From Octopus sinensis (Eukaryota): a stretch of 64,000 nt of DNA. Shown one piece after another: positions 1 through 12,909 of the stretch. The translations under genes were made by a program, and so were the position numbers. The DNA lies in assembly GCF_006345805.1 (NCBI RefSeq), contig NC_043001.1, positions 101,556,001 through 101,620,000 on the forward strand, in the 5' to 3' direction. The notes beneath the pieces were generated by a model that saw nothing but the letters and a program-made list of their open reading frames with translations, did no database searches and had not been told where the DNA came from. Positions within the stretch are counted from its first letter, which is position 1; each line of letters starts with the position of its first letter.

Positions 1-868
1 CCACTTAGCCTCCATGAGGCCCAACGCTTGAAAGGAACTCAGCCAATTTGCCTCCATGAAGCCCAACACTCAAAAGGAACTCAGCCACTTAGCCTCCGTG
101 AGGCCCAACAAAAGGAACTCAGCCACTTAGCCTCCGTGAGGCCCAACACTCAAAAGGAACTCAGCCACTTAGCCTCCATGAGGCCCAATGCTTGAAAGGA
201 ACTCAGCCACTTAGCCTCCATGAGGCCCAACACTCAAAAGGAACTCAGCCACTTCGCCTTCATGAGGCCCAACACTCAAAAGGAACTCAGCCACCTTGCT
301 TCTGTGAGGCTTAACACTCAAAAGGAACTCAGCCACTTAGCCTCCGTGAGGCCCAATGCTTGAAAGGAACTCAGCCACTTAGCCTCCATGAGGCCCAACA
401 CTCAAAAGGAACTCAGCCACTTTGCTTCCATGAGGCCCAACACTCAAAAGGAACTCAGCCACTTTGCCTCCATGAGGCCTAATACTCAAAAGGAACTCAG
501 CCACTTTGCCTCCATGAGGCCCAACACTCAAAAGGAACTCAGCCACTTAGCCTCCATGAGGCCCAACACTCAAAAGGATCTCAGCCACTTCGCCTTCATG
601 AGGCCCAACACTCAAAAGGAACTCAGCCACTTCGCCTTCATAAGGCCCAATACTTGAAAGGAACTCAGCCACTTAGCCTCCATGAGGCCCAACACTCAAA
701 AGGAACTCAGCCACTTTGCTTCCATGAGGCCCAACACTCAAAAGGAACTCAGCCACTTTGCCTCTATGAGGCCCAACACTCAAAAGGAACTCAGCCACTT
801 AGCCTCCGTGAGGCCCAATGCTTGAAAGAAACTCATCCACTTTGCTTCCGTGAGGCCCAACACTCAGC
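1..868. repeat. 42-bp minisatellite, about 20 copies, running off the window start
   Basis: Unit ccacttagcctccatgaggcccaacactcaaaaggaactcag repeats every 42 nt. ORF 388-657 shows the matching 14-aa period (MRPNTQKELSHFAS). There is one 38-nt unit near 85-122 and a recurring aatgcttgaaag variant. Confidence 0.97.
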
Positions 869-939
869 CATAAAAAGAATGAAAGGCAAAAATCATTCTC
901 TAGCAGGATTTAAACTCAATACATAAAGGAATGGAAAGG

Positions 940-1132
940 TAGGAAGCAGGTAGAATGGTGAGGATGCTGGGCAAATTGCCGTGTGGCATTTCATTGAACT
1001 TCAGAGTTCAAATGCTGCTGCTGGGGTTGGCTTTGCCTTTCATCCTTTTGGGATAAAATAAGTAGCAGTGAAACACCGGAGATTGATCGACTTAACCCCG
1101 TCACCCAAAATTGCTGGCCTTGTGCCAAAATT
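940..1132 (+). mobile_element. tRNA-type SINE family A, degenerate copy
   Basis: Shares gagttcaaat...ctttgcctttcatcc...aataagta...gctggccttgtgccaaaatttg with the copies at 23840-24054 and 46078-46313. Confidence 0.75.
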
Positions 1133-1717
1133 TGTTATCTAAAGGAATTCAACAAAATTCCATTTTCCTCATCCACAATGCTTCGTCTCACCTTAGTCTG
1201 CTACTGCTCATAGCAATATTTGATCTCCTGTAGCAGAAGCTAACAATAGAAGCTGTCGGTTGGGGTAGGAGTGTGGTTAATTGCTAATCAGCAAACTATG
1301 AATTACTGTGCATTAATAAAGCATGTAAAGAAGAGGAGGAGGAGGAGGAGGAGAGTGAATAGATGTTCGTGCAGTCTGCACTTTGCTCTGACTAAGGAAG
1401 AAACACGTTGCTGTTATATTGATTGTCCTCGAGGTAGAGAGAGATAAATAACGAAATAAGCCCGAGTAATTAAGTAAGAGAAATGAATAAATAATTGGGG
1501 GGTTCTAAAAATCAATCAATAAATAAATTAGTGAACCGATCAATAAATATATTAGTAAAGTTAGTAAGTTGGTAGTTTTTAGTCTCAGCAGTATCAACCA
1601 ATGGAAAATATTGAAGCATTAAATTGCAAAGAGTCGTAAATGAAAATAAACAACCATTAGATAAATAAATAAATAAATAAATGAGTGAAAGTGTTAAAGT
1701 ACTAAACTTGGTGGCTG

Positions 1718-1748
<31 letters not shown>

Positions 1749-2211
1749 TGTCGTTGTCACCATCGTTATCATTATCATAGCATCATCATCATCATCACCA
1801 TCATGTTGTCATTGTTGTCATCATCGTTAGTGTAATCATTATTACCATCATCATCATCATCATCATCGGCATCATTATCCTCTTCATCACCATCATAGAT
1901 GTCATCACCATCATCCTCCTCATTATCATCATCGTTGTCATCATTATTGTCATCATTATTACCATCATCATCATCATCATCATCATAACTACCACTGCCA
2001 TCATCATCATCAACATCATCGTCATCATTATCCTCTTCATCACCATCATAGATGTCTTCACCATCCTCCACCTCCTCATCATCATCGTTGTTATTGTCAT
2101 CATCATTAACATCATCATTGTCATCGTCCTCATCATTATCATCATGTTTATCAACTTCAACATCACCATCATCACCATCATCATCGTTGTCGTTATCACC
2201 ATCGTCATTGC

Positions 2212-2248
<37 letters not shown>

Positions 2249-2372
2249 GTTATCATCATCATGATTATCATTGTCATTATCATCATCATCATCATCATCG
2301 TCATCATCATCATCATCATAATGATTATCATTGTCATAATCATCCTCATTATCATTATCATAATCATCATCA
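1718..2372. repeat. Degenerate (CAT)n trinucleotide tract with an internal 153-bp duplication
   Basis: Runs of atc/cat. The marker tcctcttcatcaccatcatagatgtc occurs at 1878 and 2031. Confidence 0.95.
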
Positions 2373-2837
2373 GCTCTAATTTTTGTCCTTGAAACCCATA
2401 ATGCTTAACTAAAGATATTGTTTATAAACAAACAATGTATTGTGCAAATGAACATTATCTTCAATGGCCTCTATTTGTATGATGGCAAATCATTTTAAAT
2501 TAATGTATGACTCCCGTACTCACATATTTTGAGACCTTAACAAATCTAATCAGAAAACTTCATACATCTGCGAAGTGAAAAATAAACCTCCACTCTGCAG
2601 CTTGGACTAGAACATCTTAAAAATGATGAAATCACAACCAAGTAATATGAAGCCATGCAAACTTTGCACCGCAGAAAGCCTGGAAATTTTTTTATTGAGT
2701 TTCTCCTTCTAAACATTCTATATGTTATTTTACTCTACATGTATAGGATTTCTAAGACATAAAAATTTTATTATGCAATTAACTTCCCCAATTACTAATG
2801 ATTAAAACAGTCTACCCTTTATAAAAATATTTCCTGC

Positions 2838-2985
2838 TATAGGCACCAGGCCTGAAATTTGTGAGGAGAGGTATAATCGATTACATTAACCCCAGTGCTC
2901 ACCTGGTACTTATTTTATCGAACCCCAAAAAATGAAAGGTAAAGTTGGCCTCAGCAGCATCTGACCTCATAACATAAAGAAGTAC
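2838..2985 (-). mobile_element. SINE family A fragment
   Basis: Reverse complement gives ctttacctttcat...ggggttcgataaaataagtaccag...ggggttaatgtaatcga...ggcctggtgccta, homologous to the family A body. Confidence 0.7.
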
Positions 2986-3540
2986 AAAATTCAGCAAAAC
3001 ATTTTGTTTGGTATACTAACAATTTTGACAGTACACTGTCTTTATTGTAAGGTCTTTATTTATCATTTCCTTGTATTAGACACATGTTTTGATCTATTAT
3101 ATTGTTTAATATATCATTTTATTGTATTATTTCTAATTTTCTTACATATTCTAATATTATTTCTGTTCTTTGCTATGTTCTGTTTTCCCCCCGGTGATGA
3201 TAAGCCTCTCCATCTTCACCTATAACTATATTTTCCATATAATTAGCCATCACTCATTCATCCTCCTCTCTCACCCTCGACCACACAGCAGTTCCATTAT
3301 TAGCAGAGATGTCAAAATCCACTCACTCTTCTTGTGACTCTTTGTTGTTCCACTTTTTCCCATTTTTCTATATTCCTGCATTATTTCACAATCTACAACT
3401 TAACCACTATCAGAGCTAATATTGTTGATGTCACCACAATTACCAACGTATAGATTTTGGATTTTCTGCTTAATACTAAACAACACTCCTGAAAGATCAA
3501 TAAAAGCACAAATGGAAGTTACATGCAATTCTCTTTATCT

Positions 3541-3642
3541 TACTTGGATTCAATAAAATAAGTACCAGTTGCACACTGGAGTCAATGTAATCAACTACCC
3601 CACTTCCCTTGAAATTACTGGGTTTCTGCCAAAATTTGAAAC
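3541..3642 (+). mobile_element. SINE family A 3' fragment
   Basis: aataaaataagtaccagttgcacactggagtcaatgtaatcaact...ccaaaatttgaaac matches the family A 3' half. Confidence 0.7.
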
Positions 3643-3661
3643 GCTTATTATTATTATTATT

Positions 3662-3753
3662 TTTAGATTCCACATTCTGGTTACCTCTATTTCCAGGTCT
3701 TTGTATTTTGAAAGTTTCTCCATTTCCTTTAGAGAAACGTTGTCATATTATTA

Positions 3754-3788
<35 letters not shown>

Positions 3789-3870
3789 GAACTGTTGGAA
3801 AAGAAAAATTCCTAACGTCAGGCTACAAGTAACCTTAGACGCCAAGAACTCTCTTAAGTATCCTAGCTAT
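3662..3870 (-). mobile_element. R4/Dong-type LINE endonuclease fragments split by (TAA)n
   Basis: The minus strand of about 3662-3742 reads DNVSLKEMEKLSKYKDLEIEVTRMWNL, homologous to KEFDKLRKYKDLLIEIEKMWHL at 4955-5254. About 3838-3870 reads IARILKRVLGV*, a typical ORF terminus. Confidence 0.7.
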
Positions 3871-3883
3871 ATTATTATAATTA

Positions 3884-3925
<42 letters not shown>

Positions 3926-3930
<5 letters not shown>

Positions 3931-4293
3931 TCCACCTTTGCTAAGGCAGAGGTATTGTTTTCAGTCATATTTGTTTGTTCATTTGTCTGTGGACAAGATA
4001 TCTCAAGAACTGCTGGATGGATTCGGATGAAACCTTCAGGGATGTTTGGCCCTGTGACTGGTACAAACCAGTTAGATTTTGAGATCGATCTGGTACTGGA
4101 CAAGGATTCTGGATTATTTTTCCTGTTTCTTTACTTAATTTTTGAGAGCTGTTGAGTTCATATTTAGAATTCTTGTTTGTGAGAGCAGTCGAGTTTATTT
4201 CAGATATTCTCGTTTTAAAAATCGTCTCTGGCTAATCATTGAGGGGACATTGGTGTTGCCTTAGTGGAGGTTTGCGTTTTCTGAGTGCTCTTG

Positions 4294-4297
<4 letters not shown>
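3926..4297. mobile_element. Non-autonomous Helentron/DINE-1-like (HINE) element
   Basis: 5' hairpin acctccacctttgctaaggcagaggt, followed by a (TTTG)-like stretch. A 3' inverted subterminal copy ccttagtggaggt is followed by a short stem-loop (gcgttttctgagtgc). T-rich flanks and no TSD seen. Confidence 0.6.
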
Positions 4298-4335
<38 letters not shown>

Positions 4336-4339
4336 ATTA

Positions 4340-4625
4340 TTATTGTTGTTGTTGTTGTTGTTTTTCCTTCTTTCTTCAAATTTTCTTCCGTTTCTCACCA
4401 AATGTTTTCCATACACTTAGGGCAGGTAAAATCATCATCATCATATGTATTTAAAAAAATTAATAAATAAATAAATAAATTCATGAATGGATGTTATTTC
4501 CACAGCGATAATGCTCTTCTCAGTACATGAGTTGTTCCAGTTAACACAATTTTTTGCACTTCCTCTAGGGATGGTAAGCCTGGTATCATTTTCAAATAAG
4601 TTTCAGCACCTTTTTTATCATCATC
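4340..4625 (-). mobile_element. R4/Dong-type LINE, short 3' end (older copy)
   Basis: 4487-4625 aligns with 4939-5075 (acaatgctcttctca...ccagttaa...gggatggtaagcc). Its 3' UTR (gccctaagtgtatggaaaacatttggtgagaaacggaagaaaatttg on minus) matches that of the next copy. It ends in (AAC)n(AAT)n. Confidence 0.8.
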
Positions 4626-4770
4626 ATCATCATTATATGAAAACTCACAGCTTATTTTGCTGGGTATGATGGAAAGTGTCAGCTGTCCCCAACCAGCTGA
4701 GGTGACGCTTGTTTATTGGTCATGCTTCAAGAACCCTATTATCATTACTATTATTATTATTATTATTATT

Positions 4771-5767
4771 ATGTTATCTTTTTTTTCTTCTTTCAAATTT
4801 GCTTCCATTTCTTGCCGAGTGTCTTCCCGACTCCTAGGGCAAAGAAACTCATAGTATACATTGGTAGGCCATTAAACTAAACTCACTAGTTCGTTCATTT
4901 TTTTCTTGTTTTTTCTTTTTAAAGTTAAATTAAAATACATGGGTATAATAGTTCTCACATCGACAATGCTCTTCTCAATACGTATGATGTACCAGTTAAG
5001 ACAATCTTTTGTACTTCTTGCAGGGATGGTAAGCCAGGGATCATTCTCATATAATTTTTGGTTCCCTTTTTGATCATTCCTAGTGCTCCTACGATCACTG
5101 GTATTGTAACCGCCTTGAGATGCCACATTTTCTCAATTTCAATGAGTAGGTCTTTATATTTTCTGAGCTTGTCAAACTCTTTCGCCAAGATATTATGATC
5201 ACAAGGGATGCTCATGTCGATCAATAAGCAAACTTTATTGTTTTGGTCTTTCACAACAATATCCGGTTTATTGGCTTTAATGGTTCGGTCTGTATGTACT
5301 GGAAAGTCCCACAGAATCGTTACATTTTCTCCTTCAGTTACAGCCTCAGGGTGGTGATTATACCACTTGTCGGCAGTTTTGATATTGTAATGCCGACTTA
5401 TTAGCTAGTGTAGATATTGGCCAACTCTGTCATGTCTTAATTTATACTCCACTGGTGCTAAGACTTTACATCCAGAGATTAGGTGGTCCACTGTTTCAAT
5501 CATGTCGTTGCAGAATCGGCATTTTGGGTCTGCTCCATTTTTCATCACATTGGCCTGGTAGTTCCGGGTTAATAGGCTTTGATCTTGTGCAGCCAGGATG
5601 AAACCTTCGCTCTCTGCTTTTAGCCCTGAGCTCTGTAGCCACTGATGGGTTTGCTTCTGGTCAACATCAGCTTGTTTGCTATGGGCCACATATTTGCCGT
5701 GCAGAGGTTTCTCCTCCCACCTATCAGCCAATTGCTTGTGCGCTTTTTTCGTTGCCGTTATTTTCAC

Positions 5768-5768
<1 letters not shown>
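4771..5768 (-). mobile_element. 5'-truncated R4/Dong-clade non-LTR retrotransposon (CCHC knuckle plus restriction-like endonuclease)
   Basis: ORFs 5405-5767 and 4955-5254 share one frame, broken by a single TGG>TAG. They read KPLHG, QDQ, CRFCNDMIETVDHLISGC, RHD, KPDIVV..IDMSIPCD..KE.DKLRKYKDL and PVIVGALG. About 180 nt of 3' UTR follows. Both ends abut (TAA)n. Confidence 0.92.
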
Positions 5769-5831
<63 letters not shown>

Positions 5832-5875
5832 TATTATTATTATTATCATTACTATTATTATTATTATTATTATTA

Positions 5876-5930
<55 letters not shown>

Positions 5931-5932
5931 TA

Positions 5933-5969
<37 letters not shown>
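5769..5969. repeat. (TAA)n microsatellite, about 200 bp
   Basis: Direct reading. It accounts for the poly-I, poly-Y, poly-L and poly-N ORFs. Confidence 0.98.
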
Positions 5970-6859
5970 TGTGAGACACAGCAGCATATGCCATCAAAGT
6001 GACACTGAGGTACAAGTATACAAAACCCAATTTACCCATCATAACAACAAGTCTGATAGGGGTACACCAGGCATGTGCATCTCGGTATCTCCCTCTATCC
6101 ATCTACCACCCACACTCCCCCATACTTACCTACCCACCCATACCACTTCTTTTTATTCACTTTCCTGTAATTGAGGGTTTGTCCTGACACATTTTCATCA
6201 CCATCCTCTTTCTTTTCCAACTGGGGTAACTATATGTATCCCCTACAGCAAGACATCTGCTCCTGTCCCTACTGCATCGTCCATCATACATCTCATCACT
6301 TGGCATAATGCCACCTCTCTTAAGACTCTGCCTCCCTTTGTTGAAGAGCCTTGTCTTACAAGTTGCTTGGTAACCTCAGTCCTGTTGGTGCCACATAAAA
6401 TGCACCCAGGACACTCTGTAAAGCGGTTGCTATTAGAAAAGGCCTCCAGCTGTAAAAATGATGTCAAACGGAGACTAAAGATTGATATATTCGTTTGTCT
6501 CATCAGTCATCCCATTCATTCAATGCCAACATGAAAAATGAACATTAAATGAGGATGTCAATCACACGCACTCACCCACACACACACACACATTCACGTA
6601 TGCACATGTGGGTGTGTGTGTGGGTATTTGTGTCTGTATGTATTTGTGTATTTATTTCATTTTGTCGCTTCCATTTTATCAATTTCTATTTTCACAAATT
6701 AATTTTGTCTTATTTATACTTCAATGAATATTTCTATACACTTTGTCTCACTTTTGTTTATTATTTTAATTAATTTCAATTTTATTTTAATTTACAAGGT
6801 GTTTTGAGTTCTCAGTTCTTTTTATCAATTGTTGTATATAACTCGTATATAGTCACAAA

Positions 6860-7312
6860 CACACACACATATATATGTATGTGTGTGTGCGTACATTCCT
6901 ATATATATATATATATATATGTATATGTATATGTGTATACATATACATATGATATATCCATATATATACATACATATATGTATATATGTATATGCTTATA
7001 ATGTAGATATGTATGTATGTGTGTATATATATACACTATGCACATGCATACATCATATACACATACACACACATATATAGATACATGCATACATATATAC
7101 ATACATACATACACACACACACACTCACACACACACACACCACACACATATATGCAGATGTTCAAAGACATGCATCGAATGCAGAGTTCCAGCATGGCCA
7201 TTGCTGCTATGGCTAAAGCGAAATAAAGAAATATAGAACATGTAAACACATGTTTATTTGTGCATGAATATGTGTGTGTGTATCTGGATATATATATGTA
7301 TCTATCTCTCTC

Positions 7313-7405
<93 letters not shown>

Positions 7406-7880
7406 GTATATATATATGTATATATATATTTACATACATGCATACATACATATCTACATAAATATATATATTCATAAGTGTTTATGTGTCTGTGTACACG
7501 TATAAATGCATGCATATATCTGTAACAATCAATTTATCTGCGTATATATATATATAAATATATATATATATAAATATATATATATATATGTATATATATA
7601 AATATATAAATATGATATATATATATATAAATATATATATGATATATATATATGAATGTATATATAATATATATATATATGTACATATATGTATATATGA
7701 TATTGTTTTACATTAATATATATGCATACATATATCTATATAATATATATATATATATATATATATGAATGTATTTATGTGTGTATTTATGTGTGTATGT
7801 GTGTGTGTGTGTTTGTGCATGTCTGAGTGTGTATATGCTTGTGCTTTGTGTGCATATGCACATACACAAATGCATTCATA
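6860..7880. repeat. Compound (TA)n/(CA)n/(CT)n microsatellite field
   Basis: Direct reading. Confidence 0.95.
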
Positions 7881-9004
7881 AATATATTTTTGTGAATTTA
7901 TGATTATTTGTTTACTTTTCCCCCCTTCCCCTATTTTCTACCAACCTCCAACCCACTTCCTGCCTCCTCCTCCTCCTCCTTTCAACCACCACCACCACCA
8001 CCTCCTTCCACCACCCCATCGTCCAATGTCCTGAAAGCAAGCCATTAGCTGTTATTTTTGTCTTTGATATTTCACTCAAATGTATAATTTCGTCTAATAT
8101 TTCATCTTTGATTCTGGAATTGATTACAATATCCTTTGCTACAACAACAACGACCAGCGGCTTTACCACCATGAAAAGCATTAACTACTACTACTACCAC
8201 TACTACTACTGCTGCTGCTGCTGCTGCTACTACTACTACTACTGCTGCCACTGCTGCTACTTCTGTGCCAACAAGAGTAAACAGGAGACAACAAAGGGTA
8301 CTGATAATTTCACAAACCTCATCTCTATCCATAGCCATATTCTTTCGGCCATCTTCGGCATAGATATTGTGAACTTTATCCCACTTTCCAAGATCTCACA
8401 GCAGACAATTGGCAAGCCTCTACGTGGTAACTGAGTCCGCAGCCAAATCTCTCTCGAATCATACCTTGTTGTCTTTGAAATGGATTTATTGGAAATAGAT
8501 ATTTTTGAGTTTCTCGCACATAAACGGCAGTGCCCCAGCATGGCCACAGCTTTGAGATAAAACCAATAAAAGAATAGTAAAAGTTGGGATGGTCATGGCT
8601 AGAATGCTTTTGATTAAATGCTTGCTTGATTAATGTTGATTTGGAGCAAGACAAAATAGCATATTCCTCTACCATTATCACTGCTCCTAAAATCCAAACC
8701 GAAATAATAGCCATGGATTCAACAATTGTCCAGCAAGCGAGCCTAGATGTGGTCACTGAGACGGCTAGAAATAGCAGCCAAATCTTGACAAAATATAATA
8801 CCATCTTCAACAAGGGAAAGGTAGACATGAGGTAATAAAAACTTGGTTTTGAGCCCCTTTAAAAGATATGAGAGTATGATGATAGTTGGAAAGATTTAAT
8901 TGTTGATGTATTTGATTAGAATTGATCTGAAGCTAACGAACAACAGAGCAATTCTAGAAACTTCTTAGCTGATATTAAAACTGATACTCTGTCGGTTATT
9001 ATAA

Positions 9005-9330
9005 TGAGAAGCGGGTGGTGGTGGTGGGGTGTGGGGGTCCAGTGGACCTGGTCAACAGAACAGCCTACTTGTGAAATCAACACACAAGTGGCTGAGTACT
9101 CCACAGGCATATGTACCCTTAACATTGTTCTTAGGGAGGATTCAGTATGACACAGAATGAGACAAGGCTGGTCCCTTAAATTACTGCTACAACACGCTTT
9201 GCCAACTGAGTGGACGGGAGCAATGTGAGATAGAGTGTCTTGCTGAAGAACATAATGTGCCACAGGGTATTAAACTCATAGCCTTACGATTAGGAGCTGA
9301 ACCCCTTAACCATGAAGTCGTGTAACTTCC
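9005..9330 (-). mobile_element. tRNA-type SINE, family D-related, diverged
   Basis: Shares aacagcct.ct.gtgaaat.aac...caagtggctgag.actccacag...gtacccttaac with 34234-34622. The 5' half differs (actgagtggacgggagcaatgtgagatagagtgtcttgctga). Confidence 0.75.
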
Positions 9331-10184
9331 CTGCCAACATCACTATCATCACAAACAGTAACACCAATAGCCTTTCACCTACGTTATCACCACCAACACC
9401 ACCAACATCCCAAACAGCACTACAGACATTCTTAATACCAGTGCCAACACCATCCAAAACAATTCCAACAAATCATTATGGCCACCATTAACAACTACAG
9501 CAAGAAAACCTAATGCAAGAATAGCTACAACAACAACAACAAGTAGAATAACAGCAGCCAAAGAAACCCAAGTCATATCAGCTGAATGTGTGATGTTAGC
9601 TAGACTGTAGATCACTGAAAGTTCCAGTAAAAGCCAGTCTAATCTCAAATAATTACAGTACATACCCTTATAAATGTTTCATTTACGTAAAAAGCTTTGA
9701 GGAAAGATAGACAAGGAAGGACAAACTCTCAAGGAAGAATAGAAAAAAGCGATTTCTCTCATTGTATATTAATGCCGTTATATTCTATGAATATTCGATA
9801 TCCATATTAAATAAGAGAAGAGCAAAAATGGTGAAGTGCAAGACTTAATGCCTTAAAGTATTAATTTTGTCCTTGGTGGTTTTAACTTGAAACCCCATCT
9901 GTGGGGTGATGAGATTAGTTATAAGATTATTCTAATCATGACACAAGTTGCATTCGTCGGATTAGTCTTGTTATAATTCAGTTTGAATTAGGGCATTGAA
10001 CTGGCAGAAACGTTGGAACCCACAACTAAATCCCTCGTTCTGATTAGTTTACGTGCCTTCAGTTTAGATTTTTCTCCCTTTCTGATTCCCAGTTCAAATC
10101 CTCTTGCAGCCAATTGGGTTCTTATACCTCCAGGGTTGACAAAAGGAGTTCCATCAATCTTCTCTCTTTTATCTTTAACATATT

Positions 10185-10440
10185 TCAGTCATTACACTGC
10201 GGTCATGCTGGAGCAACCTCTCAAAGAATTTTAGTCAAAGGTACCAACCCCATTACTTATTTTTATTTTAAACCCTGATGCTCGTTCTGTCTGTCTCTTT
10301 TGCTGAATCACTAAGTCACTGGGCACAAACACATCACCACCAGTTGTCAAGCAGTGGTGGGGGACAAACACACACACACACACACACACATATGTGATGG
10401 GCTTCTTTTAGTTTCCATCTACCAAATCCACTCACAATGC
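10185..10440 (-). mobile_element. SINE family B, partial
   Basis: tttcagtcatt..actgcggtcatgctggagca, gttgtcaagcagtggtggggacaaac and gggcttcttttagtttccatctaccaaatccactcacaa match family B. Confidence 0.8.
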
Positions 10441-10799
10441 TTAAAAGCCAATGTTAGGAATCAATACTATATAACAGTAATGGATGTATGTCAGTAGTAA
10501 AGGACCGAATTAAATGCCTCCTGTTTGTCATTTTGCTCCTTTGCATTCCGTTTAGATGTTTCCTTTGCAAATTTTCTCTTCATTCCTCAGAGATTTTGAT
10601 AAAATAACCACCAGTCAGGTTAATGACCAAATCCAATCAACAATAGTCATTAACATCAGATATTCTTCCATAAATTTTAAACCTCATGTCAATCTGATAA
10701 ATTGCTATCGATGCTTTATGAATACTTGGCTGCCCAAATGTGTGGAGTGTAGTGGTACTGTTTTCCAACCGATTTCAATACAGGTCTTAATGTGCATGC

Positions 10800-10878
<79 letters not shown>

Positions 10879-11178
10879 TGTATGTGTATGTATGTGTCTG
10901 TGTGTACATATACATATATATATAATAAAGGTGGCTTGTTAGTAATTTTTCAACCAAAAGCACTAATCAGCACCTATAGTGCTAGAAATAAGAGTCAAAA
11001 CAACTCACAGCCACAATAATGCTCTGCCAAGGGAGGTGAGCTCCATAAGCACTGAGCATAGCCAGATCACTAGATGGGGCATTACTGTGGCTGTGGGTTG
11101 TTTTGGCTCTTATTTCTATCAATACTGGTGTTGAATAGCACCCTCAAACGCTTTAGTGACATATATATTTTTACATAT

Positions 11179-11255
<77 letters not shown>

Positions 11256-11449
11256 CAGATTGATAGATAAATATTTCTATACACACACACATACACAATA
11301 TAAAATCCATTAAAAAGAAAGTGCTGGGGTCAATCCATTCAACTGAAACCCATTGAGGTATAGCCTCAGCATAGCCACAGTGCAATGACTGAAAGAAGTA
11401 AAGATAGATATGTATATATATAGTGAGGGTGGATAGAGATACATACATT

Positions 11450-11620
11450 ACAGTGAACATCCTGTAAATGCTCAAAGCAACATAGAAGTCATGGTCTTTG
11501 AAACAGAGGTGGTTTCTAGCAACAGCTACAGAGCCTTTCACATATAGAAATATATTGGGACGGAGAAGGTCTCCTTTAAGGCCAGGCTGAATAATCACAG
11601 ATTCTGTTTTAGAATCCAAC
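11450..11620 (+). mobile_element. Penelope-like element GIY-YIG endonuclease remnant
   Basis: The plus frame reads VMVFETEVVSSNSYRAFHI*KYIGTEKVSFKARLNNHRFCF, matching the PLE pattern VY.A.V...YIG.T..FK.R.NNH..F. It contains a stop codon. Confidence 0.6.
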
Positions 11621-12496
11621 AGGGGCACATTCTTATAATTATGAAGAATACAATGGTATACAAAACAACTGGAAACTGCTTGAACATCAGGCACCACGTT
11701 TGAATAGAAAAGTGTTTCGAGCATTGCTTGGTGGAAAAGAGAATCATTGTAAGTAATTTTCCTGATCCAGGTGCTTTTCTGAGCTCAAAAACTGAAATAT
11801 TTGAATGATGCGCTCATGTGCTGAGATTTGTTTTAGCAAAGTAGTCAGATCTACTTTTGGACTAGAGACTGACATACATATACACACAGACACTTGACAT
11901 GACTTGACCTTGGGAAGTAAGCCTTGTTTCCCATTCAGAGAATACTTTAAAGTCTCACTATGATTTGTTCCAGACCTTTATTCCAATATTGAACCAGTCG
12001 GCTTCTACATATCTACCTCCAGCATAAAAGAGGTTAAGTGTTTCAGTTCAGTATATCCAAAGAGACGTCAGTATTGCTTAGTGCAACACTCATCATAAAA
12101 CCGATGGTAACATTCTGAAAGATTATATGATATAATCAGTAATATACTACTTGACAATATATATATATATATAATTATAAATAAGGCCAAAAAAGAAAAA
12201 CATTTCTTTGCTAGTATGCAAAGAAATCTTTTTCACCTTAAAAAAAATTATTTGTCATATGCTGACCACTGATAAAATTTTTTGATAAAATTTTACCCTT
12301 ATATTAGAAGTATACATCTATATATATATATAGAATGGTTGTATACTGTCAATCTAACATGAGCGTGACAGTAGGGGGGTACACCACCGCTGTTTAGCCC
12401 TAGGAAGCATCGACGCCTCCTGATAGCTTTGACACATATTTCCTGTGTCCTTATATACATTTACGAACGGGAGACAAATATCCCCAGCCGCCCGGG

Positions 12497-12553
12497 CTGC
12501 ATCTAGGGACACGTGTTTCAGGATGATTGTCCTTCGTCGGCCTAGACTAGCAG
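12497..12553 (-). ncRNA. Minimal type I hammerhead ribozyme motif, core variant CCGACGA
   Basis: Minus strand: tctagg-CCGACGA-agga(caatca)tcct-GAAAC-acgt-GTC-cctaga. Stem I is 6 bp, extendable by ctgc/gcag. Stem II is 4 bp. Stem III is 2 bp with palindromic loop ACGT, followed by a GUC cleavage triplet. Confidence 0.8.
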
Positions 12554-12630
12554 ACACCGGTCAGCTGTTGACATCTGCCTCGTAATGTATATATCTAAAT
12601 TTCAGTGAAGTCTATTCACTGATTATCAAA

Positions 12631-12909
12631 ATCAGAAATACTAAATTTCTAAATCTCTTGTAGAGACATGTACGGTGGTGGGGCGATAGAATGGTTATAT
12701 ACTGTCAATCTAACACGAACGTGACAGTAGGGGGGTACACCACCACTGTTTAGCCCTAGGAAGCATCGACGCCTCCTGATGGCTTCCTAGGGCTAAACAG
12801 TGGTGGTGTACCCCCCTACTGTCACGTTCGTGTTAGATTGACAGTATATAACCATTCTATCGCCCCACCACCGTACATGTCTCTACAAGAGATTTAGAAA
12901 TTTAGTATT

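Noticed and set aside
1-868. Regular repeat array as a possible CRISPR
   Set aside because: The units are contiguous with no unique spacers, there are no cas genes, and the context is eukaryotic.
8626-8835. 69-aa ORF (…SLDVVTETARNSSQIL…) as an exon of a receptor
   Set aside because: I recognise no motif, the acceptor is weak, and no partner exons were found on the plus strand.
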